This document shows positions 18,674-28,785 of a stretch of DNA of 64,000 nucleotides, one piece after another. Under the pieces are notes generated by a model. That model was not told where the DNA came from, made no database searches, and worked only from the letters and a program-made list of their open reading frames with translations. Every line of letters begins with the position of its first letter. The first letter of the stretch is position 1. The translations under genes and the position numbers were made by a program. The DNA is from Alphaproteobacteria bacterium. GTDB taxonomy: Bacteria; Pseudomonadota; Alphaproteobacteria; Rs-D84. The stretch covers positions 18,509 through 82,508 of the forward strand of contig JAGCVZ010000013.1 in the NCBI GenBank assembly GCA_017962125.1, in the 5' to 3' direction.

Positions 18674-21600
18674 TTAAGCCTTTTGTATAGAGATTCCAAA
18701 ATTATACCCTTCGATTTCCGTAAAGTATTCAGCCGCACCCGGCGACATTTCACGAATAAGCGCGTTCGACATTATCATCTTTTTATGCTGTTCCAATGCA
18801 CCAGACAGCGCCAAATCTGCCGTATAGGTAAGATTTATTCTGTCCGAAACATCCAATCCCAATGCTTTACGCGTGTCTTGGATGAAACGTAACGCGTCGT
18901 TCGCCAAACCTTCGGCAATCAGTTCAGAATTCAATTCTGTATCCAAAATGACAACCGCGGTATTATCTGGCAGTGGCATACCCGTTACACCATCGCGGAT
19001 ATTCAAACGATTTTCAAATTCGTCTGCGTTCAATGTATATTCGCCAACAACCAACTTATCGCCCGACAATTCATAATCGCCACGTTTCACGGCCGGCACA
19101 ATTTCACGCAAAGCACCGCCAAGGCGCGCACCGATTTTTGGTGTGATTAAATATATGAAACTGTCTGCGACCTTTGTCGTGTTATCAACCCATTCAACAG
19201 ACTTCACATTTAATTCATCACGAATAATGTTTGTGTATTCGGTCATCGGCACACCGCCCGCAACCGTCAGTTTACTAAGTGGCCAACGATTGTGAACCTT
19301 GTACTGTTCGCGCAATTGCTTTCCAACCGAAACGATTTCTTGGACGCGGCGCATATCGGCGACAATTTTCATATCCACAGAATTTGCCACCGGCCAATCA
19401 GTCAAATGCACAGATTCATCGCCTGTTAAATTTTTATAGATGTATTCTGATAAAAACGGTGTGAACGGCGCCATTAGTTTGCACAAGTTCACCAATACAT
19501 AATACAATGTATTAAATGCTGTGTTATCTTCGCCCCAGAATCTTTCACGATTGCGACGGATATACCAGTTATTTAACACATCCAAGAATCGGATAAATTC
19601 TTTGACCGCGGCATCCGGTTTATATTCATCCATTGCCGATGTTGAAACTTGAATCAAATAATTTAATTCGGCCAAGATATATCTATCCAACAAGTTGGTT
19701 GAAGTATCGTTCATACTCGCAGTAACATTGCCAGCATTCGCATACAATGTAAAGAAGTGATACGCATTCCAAAGAGGTGTCAAAACTGTTTTACCCGCAC
19801 CACTAAGTGCTTTGCCTTCTTTATCCACATAGACGGGTTCTGACCTTATCAAGTTGCTGCCCAAGATGAACAAACGAACGGTGTCTGCACCAAGCATCTC
19901 AAGTTGTTCTGATGGGTCAACATAATTACCCAACGATTTTGAAAATTTGCGCTTTTGTTCATCAAGAATCAAACCATTGACCGACACAGTTTTAAACGCC
20001 GGCTTGTCAAACAGCGCAACCGCAATCACCATTAGCGAATAAAACCACCCACGTGTTTGGTCTAGACCCTCTATGATATAACTTGCAGGGAAAGTTTTTT
20101 CGAACTTTTCTTTGTTTTCAAATGGGTAGTGCAGAGATGCAAATGGCATAGATCCAGACTCATACCAACAATCCAAAACATCGGGTATGCGTTTCCAGCC
20201 GTCTTTGGTTAAAGCGTCCAACGTCGGACGATGCAAGTCTTCGACTTTTGTTCCAAAGAATTCTTCCAATTCTGCGATAGAACCAAAGATTTTATATTCG
20301 CCGTCACGTTCCCAAATCGGTAATGGTGTTCCCCAAAACCGATTGCGCGAAAGCCCCCATGGACGCGCATTTTCAATCCATGACATAAAACGATTCTTTA
20401 CCGATGTCCAATGTGTTTCGTTTTTGGTTATTTCAACCAAACGGTCGCGAATCTTTGGGACATCGATATACCACGCATCGGTTGCACGATAAATAAGTTT
20501 TTCTTTACTGCGCGGACCAAACGGATAGCTGTGTTTATGTTGGTCTTTTTTAACCAAGATTCCTTTGCTTCGCAACCAATCTATGATTTTTGGATTTGCC
20601 ACGAATATATTCTCGCCAGCCCAATCTGTCACAGTATTATCAAAGTTACCATAATCATCGACATTTAATATAACTGGGAATTGTGGGTCAATCGCTTTGG
20701 CCACAAAATAGTCGTCTTCGCCATATGCCGGCGCAATATGCACGATACCGGTTCCGTCACTGTCCGATACGTAATCGCCGGAAATCACTGTATAAAGACC
20801 ATGACCATCCTTTGCCATATCCATATAATATGGGAATATCGGTGTGTAATGTAAACCAACCAATTCGGAACCCATAACCGTCCCAAGATTTTCAGACGTC
20901 GCAAATATCTTGTCATATGCGGACAAACGTGATTCAGCCAAGATATAAACATGACCATCATTGTGGCGCATACGAACATATTTCATTTTGTTATTTACCG
21001 CCAGCGCAGAATTAGCCGGTAGCGTCCAAGGCGTTGTTGTCCAAGCCATAGCACGATCGCCATTTTCTAATTCAAACCAAACGGTTACCGTATCATCAAC
21101 AATTTCTTGATATTCAGACGAAGCTTCGGAATTGGATAGTACTGTTCCTAATTTCCAATCATACGGATTAACTTTATAGTCCTTATATAACAGTCCTTTT
21201 TTATAGAACTCTTTTAATGACCACATAACAGATTCCATAAAGTTTTTATCAAGTGTGCGATAACCAACATTATCACCGCCATCAACCCAACGACCAATAC
21301 GCTCTAGATAACGCAACCAATCATTTGTATATTTCATAACATCGGTGCGACACATATCACAAAATGCGGCGATTCCGTCAGTTGCGACAATATCTTTGGC
21401 GGTGCGCCCTTGCTTTTTTTCAACAGATGTTTCCGCCGGCAACCCATGACAATCCCAACCAAGTGTTCTTTCAACATATTCACCACGCATAGTATGATAA
21501 CGCGAAACCGTATCTTTTATGACAGATGGAACCATATGCCCCCAGTGTGGCAAACCGTTGGCGAACGGTGGTCCATCATAGAAACAAAACGGATGTCCTT

Positions 21601-21733
21601 GCTTCGTCTTGTTTAAACTTTTATGAAAAGTATCATCACCACGCCAGAACTCTACTACTTCGTGTTCCAGTTCTGAAAAATTTACCTTTGCTTCGGTCTT
21701 TGGATATGCCATTTTGTTTACTCCTGTTTGCAA
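18674..21733 (-). CDS. ileS: Isoleucyl-tRNA synthetase, type 2 (eukaryote-like)
   Basis: 1019 aa with HMG/HIGH-region and KFSKSLGN (KMSKS) motifs. Domain layout is type-2 IleRS. The real start may be the internal MAYPKT. Confidence 0.9.
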   Translation of the reverse strand: MQTGVNKMAYPKTEAKVNFSELEHEVVEFWRGDDTFHKSLNKTKQGHPFCFYDGPPFANGLPHWGHMVPSVIKDTVSRYHTMRGEYVERTLGWDCHGLPAETSVEKKQGRTAKDIVATDGIAAFCDMCRTDVMKYTNDWLRYLERIGRWVDGGDNVGYRTLDKNFMESVMWSLKEFYKKGLLYKDYKVNPYDWKLGTVLSNSEASSEYQEIVDDTVTVWFELENGDRAMAWTTTPWTLPANSALAVNNKMKYVRMRHNDGHVYILAESRLSAYDKIFATSENLGTVMGSELVGLHYTPIFPYYMDMAKDGHGLYTVISGDYVSDSDGTGIVHIAPAYGEDDYFVAKAIDPQFPVILNVDDYGNFDNTVTDWAGENIFVANPKIIDWLRSKGILVKKDQHKHSYPFGPRSKEKLIYRATDAWYIDVPKIRDRLVEITKNETHWTSVKNRFMSWIENARPWGLSRNRFWGTPLPIWERDGEYKIFGSIAELEEFFGTKVEDLHRPTLDALTKDGWKRIPDVLDCWYESGSMPFASLHYPFENKEKFEKTFPASYIIEGLDQTRGWFYSLMVIAVALFDKPAFKTVSVNGLILDEQKRKFSKSLGNYVDPSEQLEMLGADTVRLFILGSNLIRSEPVYVDKEGKALSGAGKTVLTPLWNAYHFFTLYANAGNVTASMNDTSTNLLDRYILAELNYLIQVSTSAMDEYKPDAAVKEFIRFLDVLNNWYIRRNRERFWGEDNTAFNTLYYVLVNLCKLMAPFTPFLSEYIYKNLTGDESVHLTDWPVANSVDMKIVADMRRVQEIVSVGKQLREQYKVHNRWPLSKLTVAGGVPMTEYTNIIRDELNVKSVEWVDNTTKVADSFIYLITPKIGARLGGALREIVPAVKRGDYELSGDKLVVGEYTLNADEFENRLNIRDGVTGMPLPDNTAVVILDTELNSELIAEGLANDALRFIQDTRKALGLDVSDRINLTYTADLALSGALEQHKKMIMSNALIREMSPGAAEYFTEIEGYNFGISIQKA

Positions 21734-21921
21734 TTATCATAAAAAAACGGGCGCACCTGCGCCCGGGCCATCGCCAAAGCGCATAGCCAGTTTATCTTAT
21801 AATAATGATTGTTTTTTTGTTCATCATGCGCGCAGTTTATTACACAAAATGCAATATTTCAAGTATTTTTTTGACAAAGCACATATTTAATATAGAATGG
21901 AAAGGCAAAAAGGATTTATAT

Positions 21922-22530
21922 ATGAAAGACGAAAAGATTGTAAATTTAGCATATTTTGCAGGGAGATTATTAAAACCACTGGTCGCAGTTTGGGCGCCAA
22001 TTGTTGTGTCACAGCAAATTCGTCAAGAAATCGCCGACCCGAATAAAATTGATAAACCACTTGAACTAGGTAAGCGTATAAAAAAACACACCAAAAGTTT
22101 TATGGAATGCAAAGTGCATGCGTTGCCAGATTACTTTGCACACAAAGCGATGGCATATAACGAACGATGCACACAAAAACACATTTATGTTATTCAGGTA
22201 AAACCCCATGTACAACCAGAAATTGATAAGAAACAAATTGGCGATATTGTTGCAAAACTGCAAAGCGCGCCGGTACTTACTGTTTCATATTTTGAAAAGA
22301 CCGAACATCAACCGGCGGTGCCGGCATCGTGTGAATTTCGCGATTATGTTATTCAATTTTCACCGGCGGGAACCGAATGGTGTGGTGGTATGCGTAGCAA
22401 CGGATATATTTCAAAGAAAATCCCAAACGGTACATTGCGACAAATTTGCACTATTTCACCAAACCTTTCGGATTATTTGGCAGAAGTTGCAGATAGACAA
22501 TACGAATTGATGAAAAGAAAAACCAGGTAA
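21922..22530 (+). CDS. Hypothetical cassette-like protein (202 aa)
   Basis: ATG at 21922 is preceded by TTGACA...AAAAAGGATTTAT, the same promoter/SD arrangement as cassette 1504. No family recognised. Confidence 0.5.
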   Translation: MKDEKIVNLAYFAGRLLKPLVAVWAPIVVSQQIRQEIADPNKIDKPLELGKRIKKHTKSFMECKVHALPDYFAHKAMAYNERCTQKHIYVIQVKPHVQPEIDKKQIGDIVAKLQSAPVLTVSYFEKTEHQPAVPASCEFRDYVIQFSPAGTEWCGGMRSNGYISKKIPNGTLRQICTISPNLSDYLAEVADRQYELMKRKTR

Positions 22531-22540
22531 TCAATGTTTT

Positions 22541-22669
22541 GTGCGCGATAACAATTTGCTACAGCCCGCCTTCGCCGATAAGTGTGAAGTTTTTTTCTTT
22601 GGTTGCGACCAACGCTACGGCGAGGCACTCAAAAATTTTAATCGCGCACTTTATTGTGCGCGATAACAA
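22541..22669 (+). repeat. 17-bp direct repeats GTGCGCGATAACAATTT flanking ~95 bp next to the tRNA-Thr 3' end
   Basis: Exact copies at 22541-22557 and 22653-22669. Confidence 0.6.
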
Positions 22670-22676
22670 TTTTTGG

Positions 22677-22752
22677 TGGTGCCGGTGATAAGACTCGAAC
22701 TTACGACCCCCTCATTACGAATGAGATGCTCTACCAACTGAGCTACACCGGC
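22677..22752 (-). tRNA. tRNA-Thr (anticodon CGU)
   Basis: The reverse complement folds as a cloverleaf with anticodon loop TTCGTAA and CCA encoded. Confidence 0.8.
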
Positions 22753-22814
22753 GTTCCGTGAAACACACTTTACATGACAACCTTTCCATTTTCAAGTGTT
22801 TTCCGCGTTTATTT

Positions 22815-23273
22815 TTACCGCCCATGTTGGGTTTTGTAAATACGAACGATTAATTCATCAAAATTTATTTTTGTGACTGGTTCGCGCAGATTTCCATAAA
22901 ACGGATTTTTATACCTTTCGTTGGATTCGATTGGTTCCTTGGTGGTGGCGATTATTATTGTATCTATCACTGACATATTATACGCCGCCTTCAAGAATAC
23001 TGGCCCGCCAATTAAATATGCGCCTGGGTGCACAATGTTCAGGGCAGGCAAAGATTTAGCCCCCGTCTTTTCCGCAACAATAAATTCGCGTGCAGGGTCG
23101 TTTAACATTTTTTGTGGCAACAGGTTATATGTATGCTTGGAGCATACGCACACGCCACCAATGGTTGTTAGTAATTTAAATATCTGTTTATCCAACACCG
23201 GTGTCCATGTCATTGTGTCGTTTGGGCCTTTTGCCATATAACCGTTGGAAGATTCAACCAAGATTGTTTTCAT
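22815..23273 (-). CDS. Dihydrofolate reductase family protein (RibD C-terminal/DHFR-like)
   Basis: 152 aa. N-terminus TILVESSNGYMAKGP and LIGGPVF resemble the DHFR-like reductase fold. Assignment is tentative. Confidence 0.45.
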   Translation of the reverse strand: MKTILVESSNGYMAKGPNDTMTWTPVLDKQIFKLLTTIGGVCVCSKHTYNLLPQKMLNDPAREFIVAEKTGAKSLPALNIVHPGAYLIGGPVFLKAAYNMSVIDTIIIATTKEPIESNERYKNPFYGNLREPVTKINFDELIVRIYKTQHGR

Positions 23274-23435
23274 TTTTTCTCCTTTCCTTTGGGTCAGTAT
23301 AATCGGTTCGGGGATTTTTTTAAACGATATTTTTTATCGTCGCCATGAGTATATTTACCGGCTTTTTTGTAAAAAAATTGCAAAAAAGCCGGCAATGCCG
23401 GCCTAAATGACAAAAATGTTTAAAAATGCCGGTAA

Positions 23436-25742
23436 CTACTTGTCGCGCACGTGGGCAGGGCATTTCTTTTCAACCGCCGCGATTATATCGGCGTGCAATT
23501 TTGCCAAATCGTTTTCTGACATTTTTTCGCGTGGCGTAAATGTAATCGTGAACGCAACTGACTTTTTGCCATCACCCATTTCAAAAGAATCAAATACAAC
23601 CGCACTTGATATCGGGTTTGTGGCATAGCGCGCTGCCGCAACCAACCGGTCCGCCGGAAAATCAGACGGTACAATAAACGCAAAGTCCCGCGTTATCGGC
23701 TGAAAATCACTCATCACAATTGGACCATGTGGTAAAACCTGGCGTGGTAAGTTATTTATATCGCAAACAATTCCGATAACAACATTTGTTTTTATCTTTA
23801 ATTTGCGCGCAACCGACGGGTGCAATTCGCCAAATTCGCCAAGTTTTTTCTTGCCCTGCATTATCGCGCCATAGCGATATGGGTGCGCCCAAAGTGGTGG
23901 GTTTTCTGTTGATATTGTAAAATTCTGGCCTTTTAACAAGGAAACAATATCCGCCTTGACATCATATATATCAACATCGCGATTACGTTTCTGCCAGTGC
24001 TTTGGTGATGTTGTCCCGCTACGAACAATCGCAATTTCTGTATGCTGTTCGCCCGGCATATCGCCATCAAACACAGTTCCCATTTCGAACAAGTTCAAAT
24101 CTGGATAGCCGCGTTTTTCATTGTTTGCAACCGCAACCAAGATGTTCCCCAGTAAATTATTGCGCGCCGTATCCATATCAACAACAATCGGATTTGCGAC
24201 CCTGATAATCGGTTTATCAGTCAAGATTTTTTCAATTTCAGAATTGCCAAAACCAAAAGTTATTGTTTCATTTAACCCGCGCGCCGCCAATTTTTCCTTT
24301 AGTGGGATATTCAAATCATTGTGTTCTGCGGGGAATGTTTTTTCAGGAACATAATTCAAACCAACTTTGTCATACCCATAAATACGGATTAAATCCGCGA
24401 CAATTGTTTCTGGAATTTGAACATCAACACGCGAATTCTGCGCGGTTAGTTTCCACTTATTTCCGGCAAAACTTCCCGTATAGCCAAGTTTTGTTAAAAT
24501 GTTTTTCATGTCACCCACGGGCATTTCAATACCGGTTTTCTGAACAAACAGTTCCGGTGAAAATTCGATTTCCGGATTCATCGGTGCATCCGTCCCCCCC
24601 GCAGAAAAACCAACGATTTTACCACCACATGCATCTGTGATAATTTTTACCGCGAACATCAACGCCGACCCGGTTATTGTTGGGTCAATTCCGCGTTCAT
24701 AGCGATACGATGCGTCTGTCGATATCGACAGCCGCTTTGATGTTTTGCGAACACACACAGGGTCAAAATACGCGCTTTCCAGTATGATATTTTTTGTGTT
24801 ATCGGATGTACAACCACGCGCACCACCAACAACACCAGCCAGTGCAAGAACACCTGCATCATCTGCGACAACAATATCGTTTTCTTTTAATTCGTGTTTT
24901 GTTCCGAACAAATCGGTAAATTCTTCACCATCGTTCGCCATGCGCACAGTAATATCGCCGACAATTTCATCTGCATCAAAGCAGTGCATTGGTTGCGCCA
25001 TGTCATAGCAAATATAATTTGTTGCATCAATTGGCGCGTTCTTTGGATTTATGCCGATTGCACGCAGGCGCGATGCAATTTTTGCCGAACTTTGCGACAT
25101 TTTTATATCGTGAATTTCCGCAAGTTTATATGCGCGACATTTATCAGTTTTTAATTTTACACCACGCGCCTTGCCAGACACTGCAAATTTGTCGTCATGC
25201 GGTTCAATATATTCGCCTGCGCCCGCCGCAGACAAATCACGTGCAACACCGCGTACTGCCAAGTAATCCGGACGGTTCGGCGTAATACCCGCATCAAAAA
25301 CCGTTGGGCAATCGACAACGGGTGTGCCGATTTTTGTATCATCAGGCAATTCAATAATACCATCATCATCATCGTTTATCCCAAGTTCTTGCCCACTGCA
25401 CATCATGCCATCAGAAACAACGCCACGCAGTTTTCCACTTTGGATTTCGTGACCTTGGATTACACAACCCGGCCGCGCAAGTGCAGAAATCATTCCGACA
25501 CGGACATTGGGCGCGCCACAGACAACCTGGCGCAAATCTGTGCCACCATCATCCACTTTTAAAACATGCAGATGGTCGCTGTTTTCGTGTGGTTTGCATT
25601 CGACAATTTTTGCCGCAATAGGGGGCAGGGGGGCAGATAAATTTTCGACCTCTAATCCGGTGCGGGTCAATCTGTCCGCAATTTCCGTAGCGGATAAATC
25701 TGTTTTTAGGTATTCTTTTAACCAATCAAATGTCCATTTCAT
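23436..25742 (-). CDS. pheT: Phenylalanyl-tRNA synthetase beta subunit
   Basis: 768 aa with tRNA-binding, B3/4 and B5 domains and the class II-like C-terminal core. Adjacent to pheS. Confidence 0.9.
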   Translation of the reverse strand: MKWTFDWLKEYLKTDLSATEIADRLTRTGLEVENLSAPLPPIAAKIVECKPHENSDHLHVLKVDDGGTDLRQVVCGAPNVRVGMISALARPGCVIQGHEIQSGKLRGVVSDGMMCSGQELGINDDDDGIIELPDDTKIGTPVVDCPTVFDAGITPNRPDYLAVRGVARDLSAAGAGEYIEPHDDKFAVSGKARGVKLKTDKCRAYKLAEIHDIKMSQSSAKIASRLRAIGINPKNAPIDATNYICYDMAQPMHCFDADEIVGDITVRMANDGEEFTDLFGTKHELKENDIVVADDAGVLALAGVVGGARGCTSDNTKNIILESAYFDPVCVRKTSKRLSISTDASYRYERGIDPTITGSALMFAVKIITDACGGKIVGFSAGGTDAPMNPEIEFSPELFVQKTGIEMPVGDMKNILTKLGYTGSFAGNKWKLTAQNSRVDVQIPETIVADLIRIYGYDKVGLNYVPEKTFPAEHNDLNIPLKEKLAARGLNETITFGFGNSEIEKILTDKPIIRVANPIVVDMDTARNNLLGNILVAVANNEKRGYPDLNLFEMGTVFDGDMPGEQHTEIAIVRSGTTSPKHWQKRNRDVDIYDVKADIVSLLKGQNFTISTENPPLWAHPYRYGAIMQGKKKLGEFGELHPSVARKLKIKTNVVIGIVCDINNLPRQVLPHGPIVMSDFQPITRDFAFIVPSDFPADRLVAAARYATNPISSAVVFDSFEMGDGKKSVAFTITFTPREKMSENDLAKLHADIIAAVEKKCPAHVRDK

Positions 25743-25757
25743 CTTTTACACCTTTTA

Positions 25758-26714
25758 TTAAAAACCACATGTTTTAAGCCAGCGAACATCACTATTCGTA
25801 AAGGCACGAATATCGTTCAATCTATATTTCAACATCGCCAATCTATCCCAACCAAAACCAAACGCAAAGCCCTGGTACTTATCTGGGTCAATGCCACAAT
25901 TACGCAGAACATTTGGATGAACCATTCCCCCACACAACAATTCAAGCCATTTATCCCCCCATTTCATATCCACTTCAATTGATGGGTCTGTGAAAGGAAA
26001 ATAAGATGGGCGAATCCGCAATTCTACATCGTCACGTTCAAAAAACTTTGATGCAAAAACACGCATTGTTCCTAATAAATCCGACAAGTTTATATTTTTT
26101 TCAACCTTGTCAACATATAAACCTTCAAGTTGATCGAACATCGCAGAATGTGTTGCATCCAACTCTTTGCGATAGCAATTACCAACGGCAAATATTTTAA
26201 GAGGCGCCCCAAATTTTTCCATCGCACGAATTTGAATCGCAGATGTTTGTGTCCGCATAACATTACCATTTTGCAAAAAGAAGGTATCTTGCATGTCACG
26301 CGCAGGGTGGTACGCCGGTGTATTTAACGCGGTAAAGTTATGCCAATCATCTTCTATTTCAGGACCTGTCATAAGTGTGTATCCCATAGATTCGAAAATT
26401 CTGATTGCTTCTTTAAAAGACTGGGTTACAGGATGTATTGTTCCGCGGTTTTCTGGTTCGGCATCTAATGTTACATCCAACCGTTGTCCCGCAAGTGCGG
26501 CATCAAGTTCCGCCGTTTCGATTTCCGCTTGGCGCGATTTGAACAATTCGCGCAGTTCGGTGTTTTCACGATTTAACCGCGCACGCGCATCATTATCCAA
26601 ATTTTTCATATCTTTTAACTGCGCGGTCATTGTGCCGTTTTTACCAAATACGGAAGTATACAACTCCTGTAATTCAGCAAGTGATTTTGCATTTTTTATT
26701 TGTTCTTTTGTCAT
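25758..26714 (-). CDS. pheS: Phenylalanyl-tRNA synthetase alpha subunit
   Basis: 318 aa with class II motifs (FPFTDPSIEVD, GFAFGFGWDRLAML). Confidence 0.9.
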   Translation of the reverse strand: MTKEQIKNAKSLAELQELYTSVFGKNGTMTAQLKDMKNLDNDARARLNRENTELRELFKSRQAEIETAELDAALAGQRLDVTLDAEPENRGTIHPVTQSFKEAIRIFESMGYTLMTGPEIEDDWHNFTALNTPAYHPARDMQDTFFLQNGNVMRTQTSAIQIRAMEKFGAPLKIFAVGNCYRKELDATHSAMFDQLEGLYVDKVEKNINLSDLLGTMRVFASKFFERDDVELRIRPSYFPFTDPSIEVDMKWGDKWLELLCGGMVHPNVLRNCGIDPDKYQGFAFGFGWDRLAMLKYRLNDIRAFTNSDVRWLKTCGF

Positions 26715-26794
26715 AACTTTTACCTTTTAATAAATATGGGGTCGCGGTCGCGGCCCCATAATCTTAAAACAAAAACAATTCGCCGCCAAGGGTT

Positions 26795-27160
26795 TTATTT
26801 ATCCCCAGCAATAAATCGTTTTGCAGTTTCAATCAATTTTGCGAAATTCGCATCAGATGCATACGCCATTTCCGCCAAAACCTTGCGATCAAGTTCAATC
26901 CCAGCCTTGTGCAAGCCGTTCATGAATTGACTGTAAGTAATACCAGACGGACGAACCGCGGCATTGATACGAACAATCCAAAGGCTGCGAAAATCGCGTT
27001 TCTTTGTCCGGCGGTCACGATATGCATACTGACCCGCTTTCTCTGATTTTTCACGTGCGGCACGATATGTGCTGCTGTGCCGGCCAAGAAAACCCTTAGC
27101 ACGTTCAAGAATTTTATTGTGTTTTTGACGAACCGTTGTTCCACGTTTTACCCTTGCCAT
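26795..27160 (-). CDS. rplT: 50S ribosomal protein L20
   Basis: [25 protein letters not shown]-terminus. Confidence 0.95.
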   Translation of the reverse strand: MARVKRGTTVRQKHNKILERAKGFLGRHSSTYRAAREKSEKAGQYAYRDRRTKKRDFRSLWIVRINAAVRPSGITYSQFMNGLHKAGIELDRKVLAEMAYASDANFAKLIETAKRFIAGDK

Positions 27161-27172
27161 TTTCGCCCCCTT

Positions 27173-27376
27173 TTATTTCAACCCATACGGCGCCAGGATT
27201 TTAGCCTGACCCATCATGTTATCATTTAAATACTGCGGCTTTGTCCCCGCGTTATTTGCACGCGCAGATTTTTTACGCAGAAGTTTCTTGTGGGCGTTTC
27301 GGCGAACGTTGATTTTACCAGTCGCGGTCATTTTTGCACGCTTTTTCAAGTATGACTTTGTTTTTAATTTTGGCAT
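27173..27376 (-). CDS. rpmI: 50S ribosomal protein L35
   Basis: MPKLKTKSYLKKRAKMTATGKI N-terminus. Confidence 0.9.
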   Translation of the reverse strand: MPKLKTKSYLKKRAKMTATGKINVRRNAHKKLLRKKSARANNAGTKPQYLNDNMMGQAKILAPYGLK

Positions 27377-27514
27377 TTTTACCTCTTTTTGTTATCATCC
27401 TTATGGCAATGCCTTTGCCATTTCGGATATTCAGTGTCGGTATTATTACACAAATAATACAAAAATCAAGTTTTTATTGAATAATCATTTTTTTCTGTTT
27501 AAACTTCGCATGAC

Positions 27515-28339
27515 ATGACTTCTAGAAAAGTATCTTCCAGGCTGCGCACTATTGTAAAAGCGATAGGTTTCGGGTGTTTAATCCCGGCAATCGTAATCTA
27601 TATTATTGTTGCAAAACCCGATTTTCGATTTGCAAACGGCATCGCGCACGTCGCTTTTCCGATTTTTAATGCGATTGGTGATGCAGTGACATGGCCTTTT
27701 CGGGCTGGGGGAAAACTAGTAAAACGGATTCATCGTGTTTCTGTGTTAGAAGAAGAAAATAAAGAATTACGCGCAAAACTTGCCGCGGCTTTGGCAAAGC
27801 AAACTGATTGTGATGTTGCGATACTTGAAAACAAGAAACTTATTCGTGAACTTGGGGTTGCTCGCAATTCAGATTACAACACTGTCATAGCCGATGTTAT
27901 TTATGATAATTCTGCAATAAACCATGAAACTTTCATGATAAATCGTGGTGCATCTGATGGTGTTGAACCGGGCATGGTGGTAATTTCTTTTGAAAACAAA
28001 CTTGTTGGTGTTGTTATTGATTCGGCCATGCATTTTGCACGCGTGCGTTCATTAATAGATTCGGCAACAAATATCGCAGTTCGAATAGCAGATTCCGAAG
28101 TCTATGGTTTCTTGCATGGTGATGGTTCTAACACACCTACGGTCGGATTTTTTAGCGACCACAAATTCCAAGGTGCCAAGGGTATAAAGTTACTTACTAG
28201 CAATATAAGTGGTGTTTTGCCCCCAGATATATATGTCGGTGAAATGGAAAACGAATCCGATGTGAATGTTGTTTTGCCACGAAATGTATCACGCGTTATT
28301 GTGCTAAAATTTACTGGTGAAAATGGTGAGTATCAATGA
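27515..28339 (+). CDS. mreC: Rod shape-determining protein MreC
   Basis: N-terminal TM, coiled-coil and double beta-barrel region. Followed by mreD and mrdA. Confidence 0.75.
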   Translation: MTSRKVSSRLRTIVKAIGFGCLIPAIVIYIIVAKPDFRFANGIAHVAFPIFNAIGDAVTWPFRAGGKLVKRIHRVSVLEEENKELRAKLAAALAKQTDCDVAILENKKLIRELGVARNSDYNTVIADVIYDNSAINHETFMINRGASDGVEPGMVVISFENKLVGVVIDSAMHFARVRSLIDSATNIAVRIADSEVYGFLHGDGSNTPTVGFFSDHKFQGAKGIKLLTSNISGVLPPDIYVGEMENESDVNVVLPRNVSRVIVLKFTGENGEYQ

Positions 28340-28785
28340 AAATTATAAAGTATTTACGATTTTCTTTTCCTTTTTTGATTACAATCGCTTTGTGGCGATT
28401 GTCTTGTCCATGGATAAATCCTGCTGGACTTCTTAGTATTATACCTATTTTTTATTGTTCTTTTATACGTCCGGTGCCTTATTTTTCACTGTTTGCATTG
28501 ATTATGTGTTTTTTATTAGATTATAAATTCGGAACTGTTTTTATGTGGACTATGTACTATTGCATGTGTTACGCGATTATAAAATTACAAACAATTGTGG
28601 ATTTAACACATACTAAAAAATTTGGGTTTTATGCATTTAGTGTATTTTTATGTCCGGTACTTATTTTTATGATTGTTCAGAATATAAACTTGAAAACATT
28701 GCTTTACAGCTTTATAGCGTTTGCTATCACATGCATAATGTATATTCCAACAGTTACGATAACAAGGACGATTCAAAATGATTGA
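28336..28785 (+). CDS. mreD: Rod shape-determining protein MreD (polytopic membrane protein)
   Basis: 149 aa, highly hydrophobic, sits between mreC and mrdA. Confidence 0.6.
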   Translation: MKIIKYLRFSFPFLITIALWRLSCPWINPAGLLSIIPIFYCSFIRPVPYFSLFALIMCFLLDYKFGTVFMWTMYYCMCYAIIKLQTIVDLTHTKKFGFYAFSVFLCPVLIFMIVQNINLKTLLYSFIAFAITCIMYIPTVTITRTIQND

